Shown in pieces: positions 43,386-52,883 of a stretch of DNA of 64,000 nt; within the stretch, counting starts at the first letter, position 1; every line of letters begins with the position of its first letter. Position numbers and translations under genes: made by a program. Below the pieces are notes generated by a model. The model had not been told where the DNA came from. It worked only from the letters and a program-made list of their open reading frames with translations, and did no database searches. This DNA is from Phycisphaerae bacterium (GTDB lineage Bacteria > Planctomycetota > Phycisphaerae > UBA1845 > UTPLA1), in the NCBI GenBank assembly GCA_035275405.1, contig DATEMU010000015.1, forward strand, positions 737,768 to 801,767, written 5' to 3'.

Positions 43386-43585
43386 TCTGTTTCCCGACCG
43401 CCCCCCGGGCGAAAGGGGGATTTTATACGAATAAACCCGTCCGCGGCGGGTGTTGGGATGCCCCTCCCGGTTTGACGAACCCGACGGCGGCCAATTATCA
43501 TGGGGTCCGGTTCCGGATCAGTTGTCCATCGCGTTGCAGGGCGGGTTTTCGCCCGCCGCCTGCGGTATTGGCACGGAGAATTCAC

Positions 43586-44530
43586 ATGGCGCGCTTGTAC
43601 AAAAACATCGTGGAGACCGTCGGTCGGACCCCGCTCGTCCGAATCAACCGCATCATCCAGTCCAAGGCGGAGGTCTATGGCAAGCTCGAGTTTTTCAACC
43701 CGCTGTCGAGCGTGAAGGATCGCATCGGCATGTCGATGATCGAGGCGGCCGAGTCGGCCGGGCTGATCAACAAGAATACGGAGATCATCGAGCCGACGAG
43801 CGGGAATACGGGGATCGCCCTGGCGTTCGTCTGCGCGGCCAAGGGATACAAGCTGACGCTGACCATGCCGGAGTCGATGAGCCTGGAGCGTCGCGGTCTG
43901 CTCAAGGCGCTGGGGGCGAAGCTGGTGCTGACGCCCGCGACGGAGGGGATGCCCGGGGCGATCCGCAAGGCGAAGGAACTCGTTGAGCAGACACCGGGGT
44001 CGTTCATGCCGCAGCAGTTCGACAACCCGGCGAATCCAAAGATCCATCGCGAGACGACGGCCGTGGAGATCTGGGAGGACACCGACGGCAAGGCGGATAT
44101 CCTGATTTCCGGAATCGGCACCGGCGGGACGATCACCGGCGTTGGCGAGGTCATCAAGGCGAAGAAGCCGAGCTTCAAGGTCATCGCCGTCGAGCCGGAG
44201 GAATCGCCGGTGCTGACGCAGACGAAGGAAGGTCAACCGCTCAAACCCGGTAAGCACATGATTCAGGGCATCGGCGCGGGATTCGTACCGTCGATCCTGA
44301 ACACGAAGGTCTACGACGAGATCATCCGCGTGAACTCGACCGACGCGATGGCCTGGGGCCGCCGCGCGGCGAAGGAGGAGGGGCTGCTCGTGGGCATTTC
44401 GTCCGGGGCGGCGCTGTGCGTCGCGAACCAAGTCGCCCAGCGGCCGGACAGCGCGGGGAAGATGATCATTGTGATTATTCCGTCGTCAGGCGAGCGGTAT
44501 CTCAGCTCGGCGATGTTTGCGGAAGGATAA
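43586..44530 (+). CDS. cysK: cysteine synthase A
   Basis: [34 protein letters not shown] and a cysteine-synthase-like body. Confidence 0.9.
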   Translation: MARLYKNIVETVGRTPLVRINRIIQSKAEVYGKLEFFNPLSSVKDRIGMSMIEAAESAGLINKNTEIIEPTSGNTGIALAFVCAAKGYKLTLTMPESMSLERRGLLKALGAKLVLTPATEGMPGAIRKAKELVEQTPGSFMPQQFDNPANPKIHRETTAVEIWEDTDGKADILISGIGTGGTITGVGEVIKAKKPSFKVIAVEPEESPVLTQTKEGQPLKPGKHMIQGIGAGFVPSILNTKVYDEIIRVNSTDAMAWGRRAAKEEGLLVGISSGAALCVANQVAQRPDSAGKMIIVIIPSSGERYLSSAMFAEG

Positions 44531-44629
44531 AGAGGGAAGTTGGAATGGTCGCCTCGGCGACTAAACTTTGGAACGCGGACTTGCAAGAGCCGCGTCGGGG
44601 AAAGAAACGAAAGGTTTGGATAAACACGA

Positions 44630-45247
44630 ATGACTGTCATAAAGGCGACGAACATTGTCTGGCACGAAGGGCACGTATCGCGCGAGGGGCGCGAAAAGCT
44701 GCTCAAACAAAAGGGCTGCACCATCTGGTTGACGGGGCTGCCTTCGAGCGGCAAAAGCACGATCGGGTTTTCGCTGGAGCACGCGCTGATCCAGCAGGGG
44801 CGGCTGGCCTATGTCCTCGACGGGGACAACATCCGTCACGGCCTGAACAAGAACCTGGGCTTTTCGGCGGAAGATCGCGCGGAGAACATCCGCCGCATCG
44901 GCGAGGTCGCCAAGCTCTTCGCCGACGCGGGCGTCGTCACGATCACGTCGTTTGTGAGCCCCTATCGCGCCGACCGCGACATCGTGCGCAAGCTGCACGA
45001 CGACGCGAAGGTCCCGTTCGTCGAGGTCTTCATCGACACGCCAGTCGATGAGTGCGAGAAGCGCGACCCCAAGGGGCTGTACAAGAAGGCCAAGGCCGGG
45101 GAGATCAAGAACTTCACGGGCATTTCCGACCCCTACGAAGCGCCGCTCAAGCCGGAAATGGTGCTGAAGACCGCCGAGTGCAAGCTGGAAGAGTGTGTGG
45201 CGAAGCTGGCGGAGTATCTTGAAACGAGCGGAGTTCTGACGCCGTAA
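44630..45247 (+). CDS. cysC: adenylyl-sulfate (APS) kinase
   Basis: P-loop LTGLPSSGKSTIG, DGDNIRHGLNKNLGFS, and an overall CysC-like sequence. Confidence 0.9.
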   Translation: MTVIKATNIVWHEGHVSREGREKLLKQKGCTIWLTGLPSSGKSTIGFSLEHALIQQGRLAYVLDGDNIRHGLNKNLGFSAEDRAENIRRIGEVAKLFADAGVVTITSFVSPYRADRDIVRKLHDDAKVPFVEVFIDTPVDECEKRDPKGLYKKAKAGEIKNFTGISDPYEAPLKPEMVLKTAECKLEECVAKLAEYLETSGVLTP

Positions 45248-45259
45248 GGGCCGCCGACG

Positions 45260-48166
45260 TTAGTCGGCCAGCAGCGTACTTACAAAATACGAGAGGTCGC
45301 CAGCATCGAGACTTCCGTCGCGATCGGCGTCTCCCGCGCAAATTCCGGCGGATGAAGGGTTGGCCGCGAAGGCTTGCTGGACGAATACTCGAATATCTCG
45401 GCCGTCGATTACTCCATCGTCGTTGACGTCCCCATTTGGGTCGTTTTCGCACACCGTCAAGTGTGCCGACTGGCTGATCACCGACGCGCATTCATTGTTT
45501 GTCTCTAGGTCATAATCCCCTTCGTCGAGCGCGCTGACCGATTGAATAGTCAGGAGCGGCGTGTTCGTCCCATAGATGCGTGCGTCGTCCGAAAGGGGGA
45601 CGCCGTCCTTTCGCCAGCGATACGTCAGATCCTGACCGCTCGTGGCGGATCCCGTAAAGAGGACTCGGCTACCGACTGGAGCGCTTCGATCAAGCGGTTC
45701 CTCATACCACGCCGGTGCTTCGTACTGCGGGTCCCAGCGGGCAATTCGGCCGGAGGATAGGCCACCGGCGGTCGTGAAGCCACCGCCCACGTAGAGTGCA
45801 GGAGGAATCGGGCCGTCACCATCATCATCGAATGGCAATACGGCGTACGCCAATCCGTCTAAACCTGAGCCAAGAGCAGTCCAAGCGGCGCCATCCCACT
45901 TTGCAATTCTGTTCGCGGCCCGCCCGCCCGCACCCGAGAATTGGCCCCCGGCATAGAGCACGGGAGGGTTCGGGCCATCATCATCCTGATCAAAGACGGC
46001 AAGAGCATACACTTCCCCATTAGCGCCCGCTCCGAGGGGTGACCATTCAAGGCCATCCCACTGGGCAATGTTGGCAGCCGAAATACCGCCTATGCCAGTA
46101 AATTGACCGGCAACGATCAGTCTCTGAACGGTGGGTCCGATGCCATCAGGGTCGAAAACTATCATGGCCCGGATATGAGGCGACGATCCGGTTGGGGCGG
46201 CACCAAGTGCAGACCAGCGTGTTCCATCCCACTTTGCAAAGCATCGAAAATACTCCAGATCTGGCTCGCCGTCTCCGTCTTCGTCGGGTCCTTCCTGATA
46301 AACGGAGAAGTCCCCTCCTACAAAAAGGGCCGGCCGCAAGGGGCCGGATCCGTCTTCATCGAAGACGCATAGCGCGTCAATCTCTGGCGACACATGTGAC
46401 ACTGATGTAAGCGAGTCGCCATCCCATTTCGCAAAACGCAAGGACGAAGAAAAACAGGCGATATACAATGCCTCTCGGTTCGGCCCATTCGCATCGTCAT
46501 CGAATACGCACAGTGCGGTAACCCCCGTTATCGTATTATCCACTGTGGACCAGGTGTTTCCATCCCACCTTGCCAGGATTGTCGGATCACCGACGAAGAG
46601 CGATGTCGGCGCGGGCCCCGGACCGTCCTCGTCAAATCCCGCCATGGCATTTATCCAAATCGTGCTAAACGGTCCCGGCATGCCCTCCCAACAGCGTCCG
46701 TCCCAGCGGGCAACTTGCCCTGGCTCGGATCCGGCCAGAGAAAAGCGGCCAGCCGCGTAGAGCGACGGGGGTGCGGGACCGTCCCCGTCAGCATCCAGAG
46801 TAATCAGCGATTTCACGAATTCATTCATACTGGCACGTAATGGCTCCCAGGTCGGACCATTCAATCGGGCGACCGGTCCGAAATTATATTGGTCTTGGGT
46901 GAAGCTCCCGCCCAAATAAGGTCTCAGCTCGGAATGGCAGTAGGGATCCTTAAACTCCGCCCATGCAAACCCCTCGCGGAGCCGGGAAGGACTTCCAATC
47001 GATAACCAATTCAGTCCATCCCATTCAGCCACGTGCCATGCATTCAGCCCGCCTGCGTCAGAGAATGATCCAGTGACATAGAGGGTCGCCGGATCTGGAC
47101 CCACTCCATCGGCGTCAAATGACAACATCGCATTGACACGACCGCTGGTGCCCGTTCCAACTCCGGACCAGGCGGTGCCGTTCCATTTGGCGATATGACT
47201 CAATGAACCGGAATTGAACTCCCCGCCGGCATAAAGTTCCGGTCGATGCGGCCCCACGCCATCGTCGTCGTGGACCGTCAAGCAATACACCCACGAGGTT
47301 AACCCGCTGCCGACTGCCGACCAAGCAGTGCCGTCCCAGCGGGCGATCTTTGTCGCTGGAACGGAGCCAGCCATGTGAAAACTACCGCCTGCAAAAAGCC
47401 GGGGCGGTACGGGGCCATCGCCATCCTCATCATGCGTCGCCAAGGCCCGCACGGTGTCGCCGACACCGCCCCCCAGACTCTCCCAGTTGCCCGCGAAGTA
47501 TTTCGCGACACGTAGAGTGGGCTCGCCGTCAACCACGGTAAACGATCCTCCAACAAACAGCGCCGGTTTGTTAGGTCCGTCGCCGTCGTCGTCGAATATC
47601 TCGAGGGCATAGACGAAGCCCTCTGGGCCGTTCCCCAGGGGAGCCCAAGACTCGCCGTCCCATTGGGCGAGGTACTTGATATTCGTGCCCCCGGCTGATA
47701 AGAACCCTCCTCCGACAACGAGTTTGGCGCGGCCCGGACCCTCACCGTCTTCGTCATATACCTTAAGGCAATAGACCGCTTGAAAGAGTGTCACCGAGAT
47801 TCCACCGCCGACAGGTGACCATTTTCTGCCATCCCATCGTGCGATTCCGCTCGCGCTTACGCCTCCCATGTTCGTGAACGACCCGCCAGCAAACAGCATG
47901 GGGGGAAGAGGACCGGTTCCATCCTCATCAAACACGGCCATGGCGCGAACTTCACCGCCGCTCACGATGGAAAACCCAAACTGATCCGACCACGGCGGAG
48001 GACATTCAGCTTGAAGAGCGTCGGAGAATACAAATACGATGACGCCAATGATGAATGCGCGTTGTGATATTGATTTGCGATGGGTATCGACTTCCAAATA
48101 TGATCGGCGCTTGTTCATGGATGACGCAAGAAATCCGGCCCAAGGGCGATTGTAACAACTCGTCAT
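45260..48166 (-). CDS. secreted delta-60-like repeat protein with C-terminal dockerin-like module
   Basis: ~15 repeats of GG.F...GG.....IA.WDG..W...G.G; C-terminus DVNDDGVIDGRDIRVFVQ...DADRDGSLDAGDLSYFVSTLL. Confidence 0.6.
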   Translation of the reverse strand: MTSCYNRPWAGFLASSMNKRRSYLEVDTHRKSISQRAFIIGVIVFVFSDALQAECPPPWSDQFGFSIVSGGEVRAMAVFDEDGTGPLPPMLFAGGSFTNMGGVSASGIARWDGRKWSPVGGGISVTLFQAVYCLKVYDEDGEGPGRAKLVVGGGFLSAGGTNIKYLAQWDGESWAPLGNGPEGFVYALEIFDDDGDGPNKPALFVGGSFTVVDGEPTLRVAKYFAGNWESLGGGVGDTVRALATHDEDGDGPVPPRLFAGGSFHMAGSVPATKIARWDGTAWSAVGSGLTSWVYCLTVHDDDGVGPHRPELYAGGEFNSGSLSHIAKWNGTAWSGVGTGTSGRVNAMLSFDADGVGPDPATLYVTGSFSDAGGLNAWHVAEWDGLNWLSIGSPSRLREGFAWAEFKDPYCHSELRPYLGGSFTQDQYNFGPVARLNGPTWEPLRASMNEFVKSLITLDADGDGPAPPSLYAAGRFSLAGSEPGQVARWDGRCWEGMPGPFSTIWINAMAGFDEDGPGPAPTSLFVGDPTILARWDGNTWSTVDNTITGVTALCVFDDDANGPNREALYIACFSSSLRFAKWDGDSLTSVSHVSPEIDALCVFDEDGSGPLRPALFVGGDFSVYQEGPDEDGDGEPDLEYFRCFAKWDGTRWSALGAAPTGSSPHIRAMIVFDPDGIGPTVQRLIVAGQFTGIGGISAANIAQWDGLEWSPLGAGANGEVYALAVFDQDDDGPNPPVLYAGGQFSGAGGRAANRIAKWDGAAWTALGSGLDGLAYAVLPFDDDGDGPIPPALYVGGGFTTAGGLSSGRIARWDPQYEAPAWYEEPLDRSAPVGSRVLFTGSATSGQDLTYRWRKDGVPLSDDARIYGTNTPLLTIQSVSALDEGDYDLETNNECASVISQSAHLTVCENDPNGDVNDDGVIDGRDIRVFVQQAFAANPSSAGICAGDADRDGSLDAGDLSYFVSTLLAD

Positions 48167-48225
48167 CTCAGCGACAAGGCATAACGGCAGCGATCCAGGC
48201 GATCGCCTCGGCCAAAGGGATGTAC

Positions 48226-48298
48226 TGGGCCCGCTCGGACTCGAACCGAGAACCAGGAGATTATGAGTCCCCTGCTCTAACCATTGAGCTACGGGCCC
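48226..48298 (-). tRNA. tRNA with CAT anticodon (tRNA-Ile2/lysidine-type or elongator Met)
   Basis: Reverse complement GGGCCCGTAGCTCAATGGTTAGAGCAGGGGACTCATAATCTCCTGGTTCTCGGTTCGAGTCCGAGCGGGCCCA folds as a cloverleaf; anticodon loop cuCAUaa; resembles ileX-type tRNAs; no encoded CCA. Confidence 0.85.
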
Positions 48299-48386
48299 CG
48301 TGCTTTAATCGGCTAGAGGTTATAGCAGGCGACCGTTCGCGGAAAGCGATCTTGTAAACTAAGCTTCGGCAAGTCGGTCCGCGTTC

Positions 48387-49067
48387 GTGCTGCCACCGCC
48401 ATCCATCTGCGGAGTACAAACTGAGGCAAGGGAGCATGGCGGCATGGCGACCCTCCAACAGGTACACCCGATCTCGCACCGACCGGCGGAGGAGTTCGAC
48501 CTTTTCTGCCCTGCTTGTGCCTACAACCTTTACGGCATTCCGGCACGACGATGCCCGGAATGCGGGTTCCGCTACGATCGCCCGGCCCTGCTCGATTTCG
48601 TCGAAAGCGAGTTTGCCGCACAGCACCAGGCCCGTGCGGCGGCGCTGGTACGCGGCGGCTATGCGATTTCATTGGCACTGTCCGCCGTGTGCTGGAAACT
48701 GCATGTCCCGCCGATCGCGATCTTCATCGCCGTGATGTTGGGACTGTGCGTGGCGGGGATGATTCGGAAGGCCTGCGCGTTTGCCAACGATCGGTCGTGG
48801 CTCGAAGATGCCTGGTGGCTCCTGTTCCGCACTGTCTTGCTGATAGGGCCGGCGATGGTCGTGACACTTTTGCCGACGGTCGGGACCTTTATCGCCTTGG
48901 TCCTGACGGGTGACACCATTCGGCTGGTATGGTTTAACTCGCCACCGCTACCCGTGTTGTTGGAGAGCCTACCCTCCCCCGCTCAGCGGACACTTCGACG
49001 CTACCAGACTGCGAGCCTGTTCGTGTGGATAGCAGTAGTGGGAATGCTGGTCGCGCCCTACTTGTGA
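48387..49067 (+). CDS. membrane protein with N-terminal zinc ribbon
   Basis: CPACAYNLYGIPARRCPECGF ribbon followed by ~5 TM helices. Confidence 0.4.
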   Translation: MLPPPSICGVQTEAREHGGMATLQQVHPISHRPAEEFDLFCPACAYNLYGIPARRCPECGFRYDRPALLDFVESEFAAQHQARAAALVRGGYAISLALSAVCWKLHVPPIAIFIAVMLGLCVAGMIRKACAFANDRSWLEDAWWLLFRTVLLIGPAMVVTLLPTVGTFIALVLTGDTIRLVWFNSPPLPVLLESLPSPAQRTLRRYQTASLFVWIAVVGMLVAPYL

Positions 49068-49148
49068 CCTAAGAGTGCTTCCAAGAAGTCGGGGCAATCC
49101 GACGACGCCGCAGGTCGCGATCGCGCCCGTCGCCAAACGCGCCCGCGC

Positions 49149-50186
49149 TCAGGACTTGGGGTGATTTCGGAAGAATTCCCAGATCGTGTCCGTCGCGGAA
49201 ATTTCCGTGCTCGGCGGGTCGGCGCCGGCAAACGGCTGGAGACTGCCCGGCCAGGCGTGGCCCTGGTCGACAATGGTGTAGAGCACGACCTCCGCAAATG
49301 TCCCTTGGCGGGCGAAGTGATTTTGGATGACATTGCCGCTGGTCGTCGTGACCGGGGTTGCTGCTGTTTGATTCGCGCTTACCCAGAATTGCACGGCGTC
49401 GTCCACCGCCAGATCGATTCGCCCGTCGGCGACCGGCGATTGACTCGGGCCGCCCTCGTACAGCACGCTCATGTCCGCGGTGCCGTGAAAGATGATGACT
49501 GAGACCGGCCCGCCGGGCGTGGCGGGCATGACGACGGGTGAATTGGCGTCCACCGGGCCGCCGATGGCGCCGGCGACCGGCGCAATCGCCGCAAAGAGGT
49601 CGGCGGCCTCCGCGCCGAGACGGTGGGCGAGCATGGCCCCATTGGACATTCCCGTTGCGAAGACCATCCGCGAATCGATGGGGAGGATGGTCCTGAGCCC
49701 GGCGACCAATGCCCGGATGAATTCCACGTCGTTCACGTTATTGCGCAGGGCAAATCCGCAGCAGTGCGTCGCGTGCCAAGTCTGTACGGTCCCGAGGCCG
49801 TCAGGAAAGATGGCGTAGAAGCCTTCCGCGTCGGCCTTGGCGGGCCAGTGGTAGTCGCGGGCCGCATTGACCGCACTGCCGAAACCGCCGTGCAACATGA
49901 TGACCAGGGGCAGGGGCGTTTGCCCATCGTGCCGTGGGGGAACATGCAGGATGAAGGTTCGGTCGACGTCCTCAAAGGGTAGAACACCGTTGTAATCACC
50001 CGCGTGGATGGTGGATGGTTGCACATCGGCCGCGGGGTCCGCGGGATCGAAGAGTTGGGGAGAGGGCAGCGGCGGATTGCACGCGGCGGACAGCATTCCG
50101 ATTGAGGCAGCGACTGCCTGAAGCAATATCCTTCTTGCTGTACGTGGGAATTGTTGAGCCTGCGTTCGCATACGGCCAAACTCCAC
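49149..50186 (-). CDS. secreted alpha/beta-hydrolase (PHB depolymerase/esterase family)
   Basis: Signal peptide; LVIMLHGGFG...GMSNGAMLAHRLG nucleophile-elbow motif. Confidence 0.65.
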   Translation of the reverse strand: MEFGRMRTQAQQFPRTARRILLQAVAASIGMLSAACNPPLPSPQLFDPADPAADVQPSTIHAGDYNGVLPFEDVDRTFILHVPPRHDGQTPLPLVIMLHGGFGSAVNAARDYHWPAKADAEGFYAIFPDGLGTVQTWHATHCCGFALRNNVNDVEFIRALVAGLRTILPIDSRMVFATGMSNGAMLAHRLGAEAADLFAAIAPVAGAIGGPVDANSPVVMPATPGGPVSVIIFHGTADMSVLYEGGPSQSPVADGRIDLAVDDAVQFWVSANQTAATPVTTTSGNVIQNHFARQGTFAEVVLYTIVDQGHAWPGSLQPFAGADPPSTEISATDTIWEFFRNHPKS

Positions 50187-50748
50187 TGGGCCCTAATGGA
50201 TCAACGCTTATCCACCTGGAATCATGCCAGCCTTCAATTCGTCGGTCATTAGGTATTCGTCACTTTCACATAAACGCAGGCCGGCAGTTTGCCAATACCA
50301 GAGATGATTGGGAGACCTACTCGCGTTCCGCGCGAGGATGCCGCGTCGGAGGCGCCATTCGATTTTGTAGGAAGACTGAAGAAGGAATCTTAGAGGTTAA
50401 GGGGAAAAAAGAGCGGGGCCCGCGCTGGAGTGGACCCGGGCTCGTTGGTCACGTCCAAGAGAGGGCCCCGCGTTAGTCGTAGTAATTGAAAAAGACGATC
50501 CAAACCCCCAGGCAAGCGTGGACTATGCAGTCCTTCACCCCCCCGGGTGGCAATTACTGTGCCGTCAGCCATGGCGAATTGGAATCGGAGGCAGGCCACA
50601 TTTCCATAAAGCCATTAATTACCTATATTTACGCTCAATGGCCAAGTCCCTAAGATTACCCCGAAAAAATTGTTACCAAGGCATTTCGGTAAATGTTACC
50701 CAGTAATTGCCCAAGACATCCCCCAATTTTCTTCTCGGATTAGTGAAG

Positions 50749-51435
50749 TTACCGGTCGTGAGTATTATCGGGCACCTTAACGGCATGAACGACGTCGGGG
50801 GTGAGGGCGCTTAATGATTCGATAACCTTGTCGGCATGGTCCAGTCGCTCGGCGGGGTGCGAGCCGGTCAGGGCGATGCAGGACATGCCCGCGCGGTGCG
50901 CGGCCTCGATCCCTGATGGCGCGTCTTCGATGACGATGCAGCGCGACGGCTCGAGGTGCATTCGCTCGGCCGCAAGTTGAAAGACTTGCGGATCGGGCTT
51001 GCCGCGCTGCACGTCTCGACCGGTTACGATTCCGCTGAGGTAGGGATGCAATCCCATCTCCGCGCAGACGAGTTCGATATTCTCCCGCGGTCCGGAGGAG
51101 CCGACGGCGATGCGCATGCCGGCCGAATGCAGGCGGCGCACGGCATCGTGCGCGCCGGGCATGACAGGGACATGGCCGCGAATGAGATCGCGGTAGATCG
51201 CCTCCTTGCGATCGTCGAGGCGTCTGATTTCGTCGGGCGTCTTGGGGCCGAGCACCGCGGAGATGATATCGGCGCTGGTGCGGCCGAAGACGGCGGTGAA
51301 GCGTTCGTCAGGGATGTCGCCCGCGCCGATCTCCCGCGCAAGGCGTTGCCAGCTTTCGAGGTGCGCGGCCCCGCTATCGACCAGCACGCCGTCCATGTCG
51401 AAGATGATTCCAATGGGGGGCATGGTTTGTGGCAC
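50749..51435 (-). CDS. HAD-IA family hydrolase (beta-phosphoglucomutase-like)
   Basis: DMDGVLVDS motif I and VIEDAPSGIEAAHRAGM motif III/IV. Confidence 0.8.
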   Translation of the reverse strand: MPQTMPPIGIIFDMDGVLVDSGAAHLESWQRLAREIGAGDIPDERFTAVFGRTSADIISAVLGPKTPDEIRRLDDRKEAIYRDLIRGHVPVMPGAHDAVRRLHSAGMRIAVGSSGPRENIELVCAEMGLHPYLSGIVTGRDVQRGKPDPQVFQLAAERMHLEPSRCIVIEDAPSGIEAAHRAGMSCIALTGSHPAERLDHADKVIESLSALTPDVVHAVKVPDNTHDR

Positions 51436-51495
51436 CCGCCGCGGCGCGTACGGACACAGGCTAAGAGCCTGTGCCGCAAAGATAGAAGCCGGAAT

Positions 51496-51864
51496 CTACG
51501 CGGCGTGGGCGGCCTTGGCACCGCGGGCCATTTCGACGAGGGAGTCGAACGCGGCCGAGTCATGTATCGCGATCTCGCTGAGCATCTTGCGGTTCAGATC
51601 CACGCTGGCCTGCTTGAGACCGGCGATGAAGCGGCTGTAGGAGATGTCGCGGGCGCGGCAGGCGGCGGTAATCCGCGTGATCCACAGCGAGCGGAAGTCT
51701 CGCTTGCGGGCGCGGCGGTCGCGATAGGCATAGACACCGGCGCGGGTAACCGTGTCGCGGGCGGACTTGAGCAGCTTGCTCCGCGCGCCGTAGTAGCCCT
51801 TGGCCGCCTTGAGGATGCGGTTGACCTTCTTTTTATGTGCGACGTGTCCCTTGGTGCGTGGCAT
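51496..51864 (-). CDS. rplT: 50S ribosomal protein L20
   Basis: MPRTKGHVAHKKKVNRILKAAKGYYGARSKL..., an L20-like sequence. Confidence 0.95.
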   Translation of the reverse strand: MPRTKGHVAHKKKVNRILKAAKGYYGARSKLLKSARDTVTRAGVYAYRDRRARKRDFRSLWITRITAACRARDISYSRFIAGLKQASVDLNRKMLSEIAIHDSAAFDSLVEMARGAKAAHAA

Positions 51865-51874
51865 GGTGGTGCTC

Positions 51875-52072
51875 CTACGCCTGCAAAGCGCGAATGATCC
51901 TCTTCGCCAGCGGCGGGTTGTTGAGGGTCGCCCGACCGCGCAGCTTCTGTTTGCGATTGCCCGACTTGCCGCTCATCAGGTGACCGGCGTTGCCTTGCTT
52001 GTATTTGACCTTGCCGTTTGCCGTGACGCGGACGCGCTTGGCGAGGCCTTTGTGGCGTTTCATTTTCGGCAT
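51875..52072 (-). CDS. rpmI: 50S ribosomal protein L35
   Basis: MPKMKRHKGLAKRVRVTANGKVKYKQ...; start at the internal Met of the track ORF. Confidence 0.9.
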   Translation of the reverse strand: MPKMKRHKGLAKRVRVTANGKVKYKQGNAGHLMSGKSGNRKQKLRGRATLNNPPLAKRIIRALQA

Positions 52073-52363
52073 AGCGGGTGCTCCAGTAGATGTTTTCAGC
52101 GCCACATGGCGAGCCCCAAAAGATAGTGGAAATTGGGGAGACATGCAAGATGCGGGGGACACTGGGAAAACGCATAAAAGTGCGGAGGCGCCAAAGGACA
52201 GGGGGGAACGTACCGGCCGTAACCCTTGTTTGCTGATGCCCTTGCGCGCGGTCGGGCAGTTGCCTGTCTTTCGCTTTGGCAGGTCAGTGGTAACCTATGT
52301 GGCGGTTATGCCATTAGGTCTGGCAGCCGAGGGCGGCTGCTTTACATCTAACAGGAGAATCCC

Positions 52364-52795
52364 ATGGCGCAGGCAATCAAGAGCGTGGATGTGTACGCGG
52401 TGGACATCATGAACCGGCCGGGCACGTTGGCCCGCGTGCTGGAGGCGCTGGCGGCGGGCGGGGCGAACCTGGATTTCGTCATCGCCCGGCAGGTGAACGA
52501 CAACACCTCGCGGGTGTTCGTTGCGCCGCTGAAAGGAGCGAAGCAGCTTCGCGCCGCGGCCGATGTCGGCCTGACCAAGGCCAGGGGAATGTACGCGATC
52601 CGCGTGACCGGGCCGGACAAAGCGGGGCTGGGCGCGGCGATCACGCGGGGGATCTCGGCGGCGGGGATCAACATCCGTGGCCTGTCGTCAGGATCGATTG
52701 CGAAGAAGAACGTGTGCTACATCGCGTTTTCCTCGGCGGGGGATGCGAAGCGGGCGGCGGGGGCGATTAAGAAAGCGATGAGAAGGAAGGCTTGA
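52364..52795 (+). CDS. ACT-domain-containing protein
   Basis: Two ~65-aa units resembling ACT domains (VDIMNRPGTLARVLEAL..; RVTGPDKAGLGAAITRGIS). Confidence 0.5.
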   Translation: MAQAIKSVDVYAVDIMNRPGTLARVLEALAAGGANLDFVIARQVNDNTSRVFVAPLKGAKQLRAAADVGLTKARGMYAIRVTGPDKAGLGAAITRGISAAGINIRGLSSGSIAKKNVCYIAFSSAGDAKRAAGAIKKAMRRKA

Positions 52796-52883
52796 AGCGT
52801 CGCATAGGAGCCCCTAACAGGCCTGGGACTAGGGAACATCCACAGAGAGTGCAGGTGTGGAATTGGGGACGCATGGTGAGTAC

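Noticed and set aside
41562-43475. 291-aa and 240-aa plus-strand ORFs, and the 376-aa minus ORF at 43301-44431
   Set aside because: These are antisense shadows of the uvrA N-half and of cysK.
48166-48400. tRNA-CAT as the attachment site of a genomic island
   Set aside because: There is no integrase, no direct repeat of the tRNA 3' end, and no GC shift in the adjacent genes.
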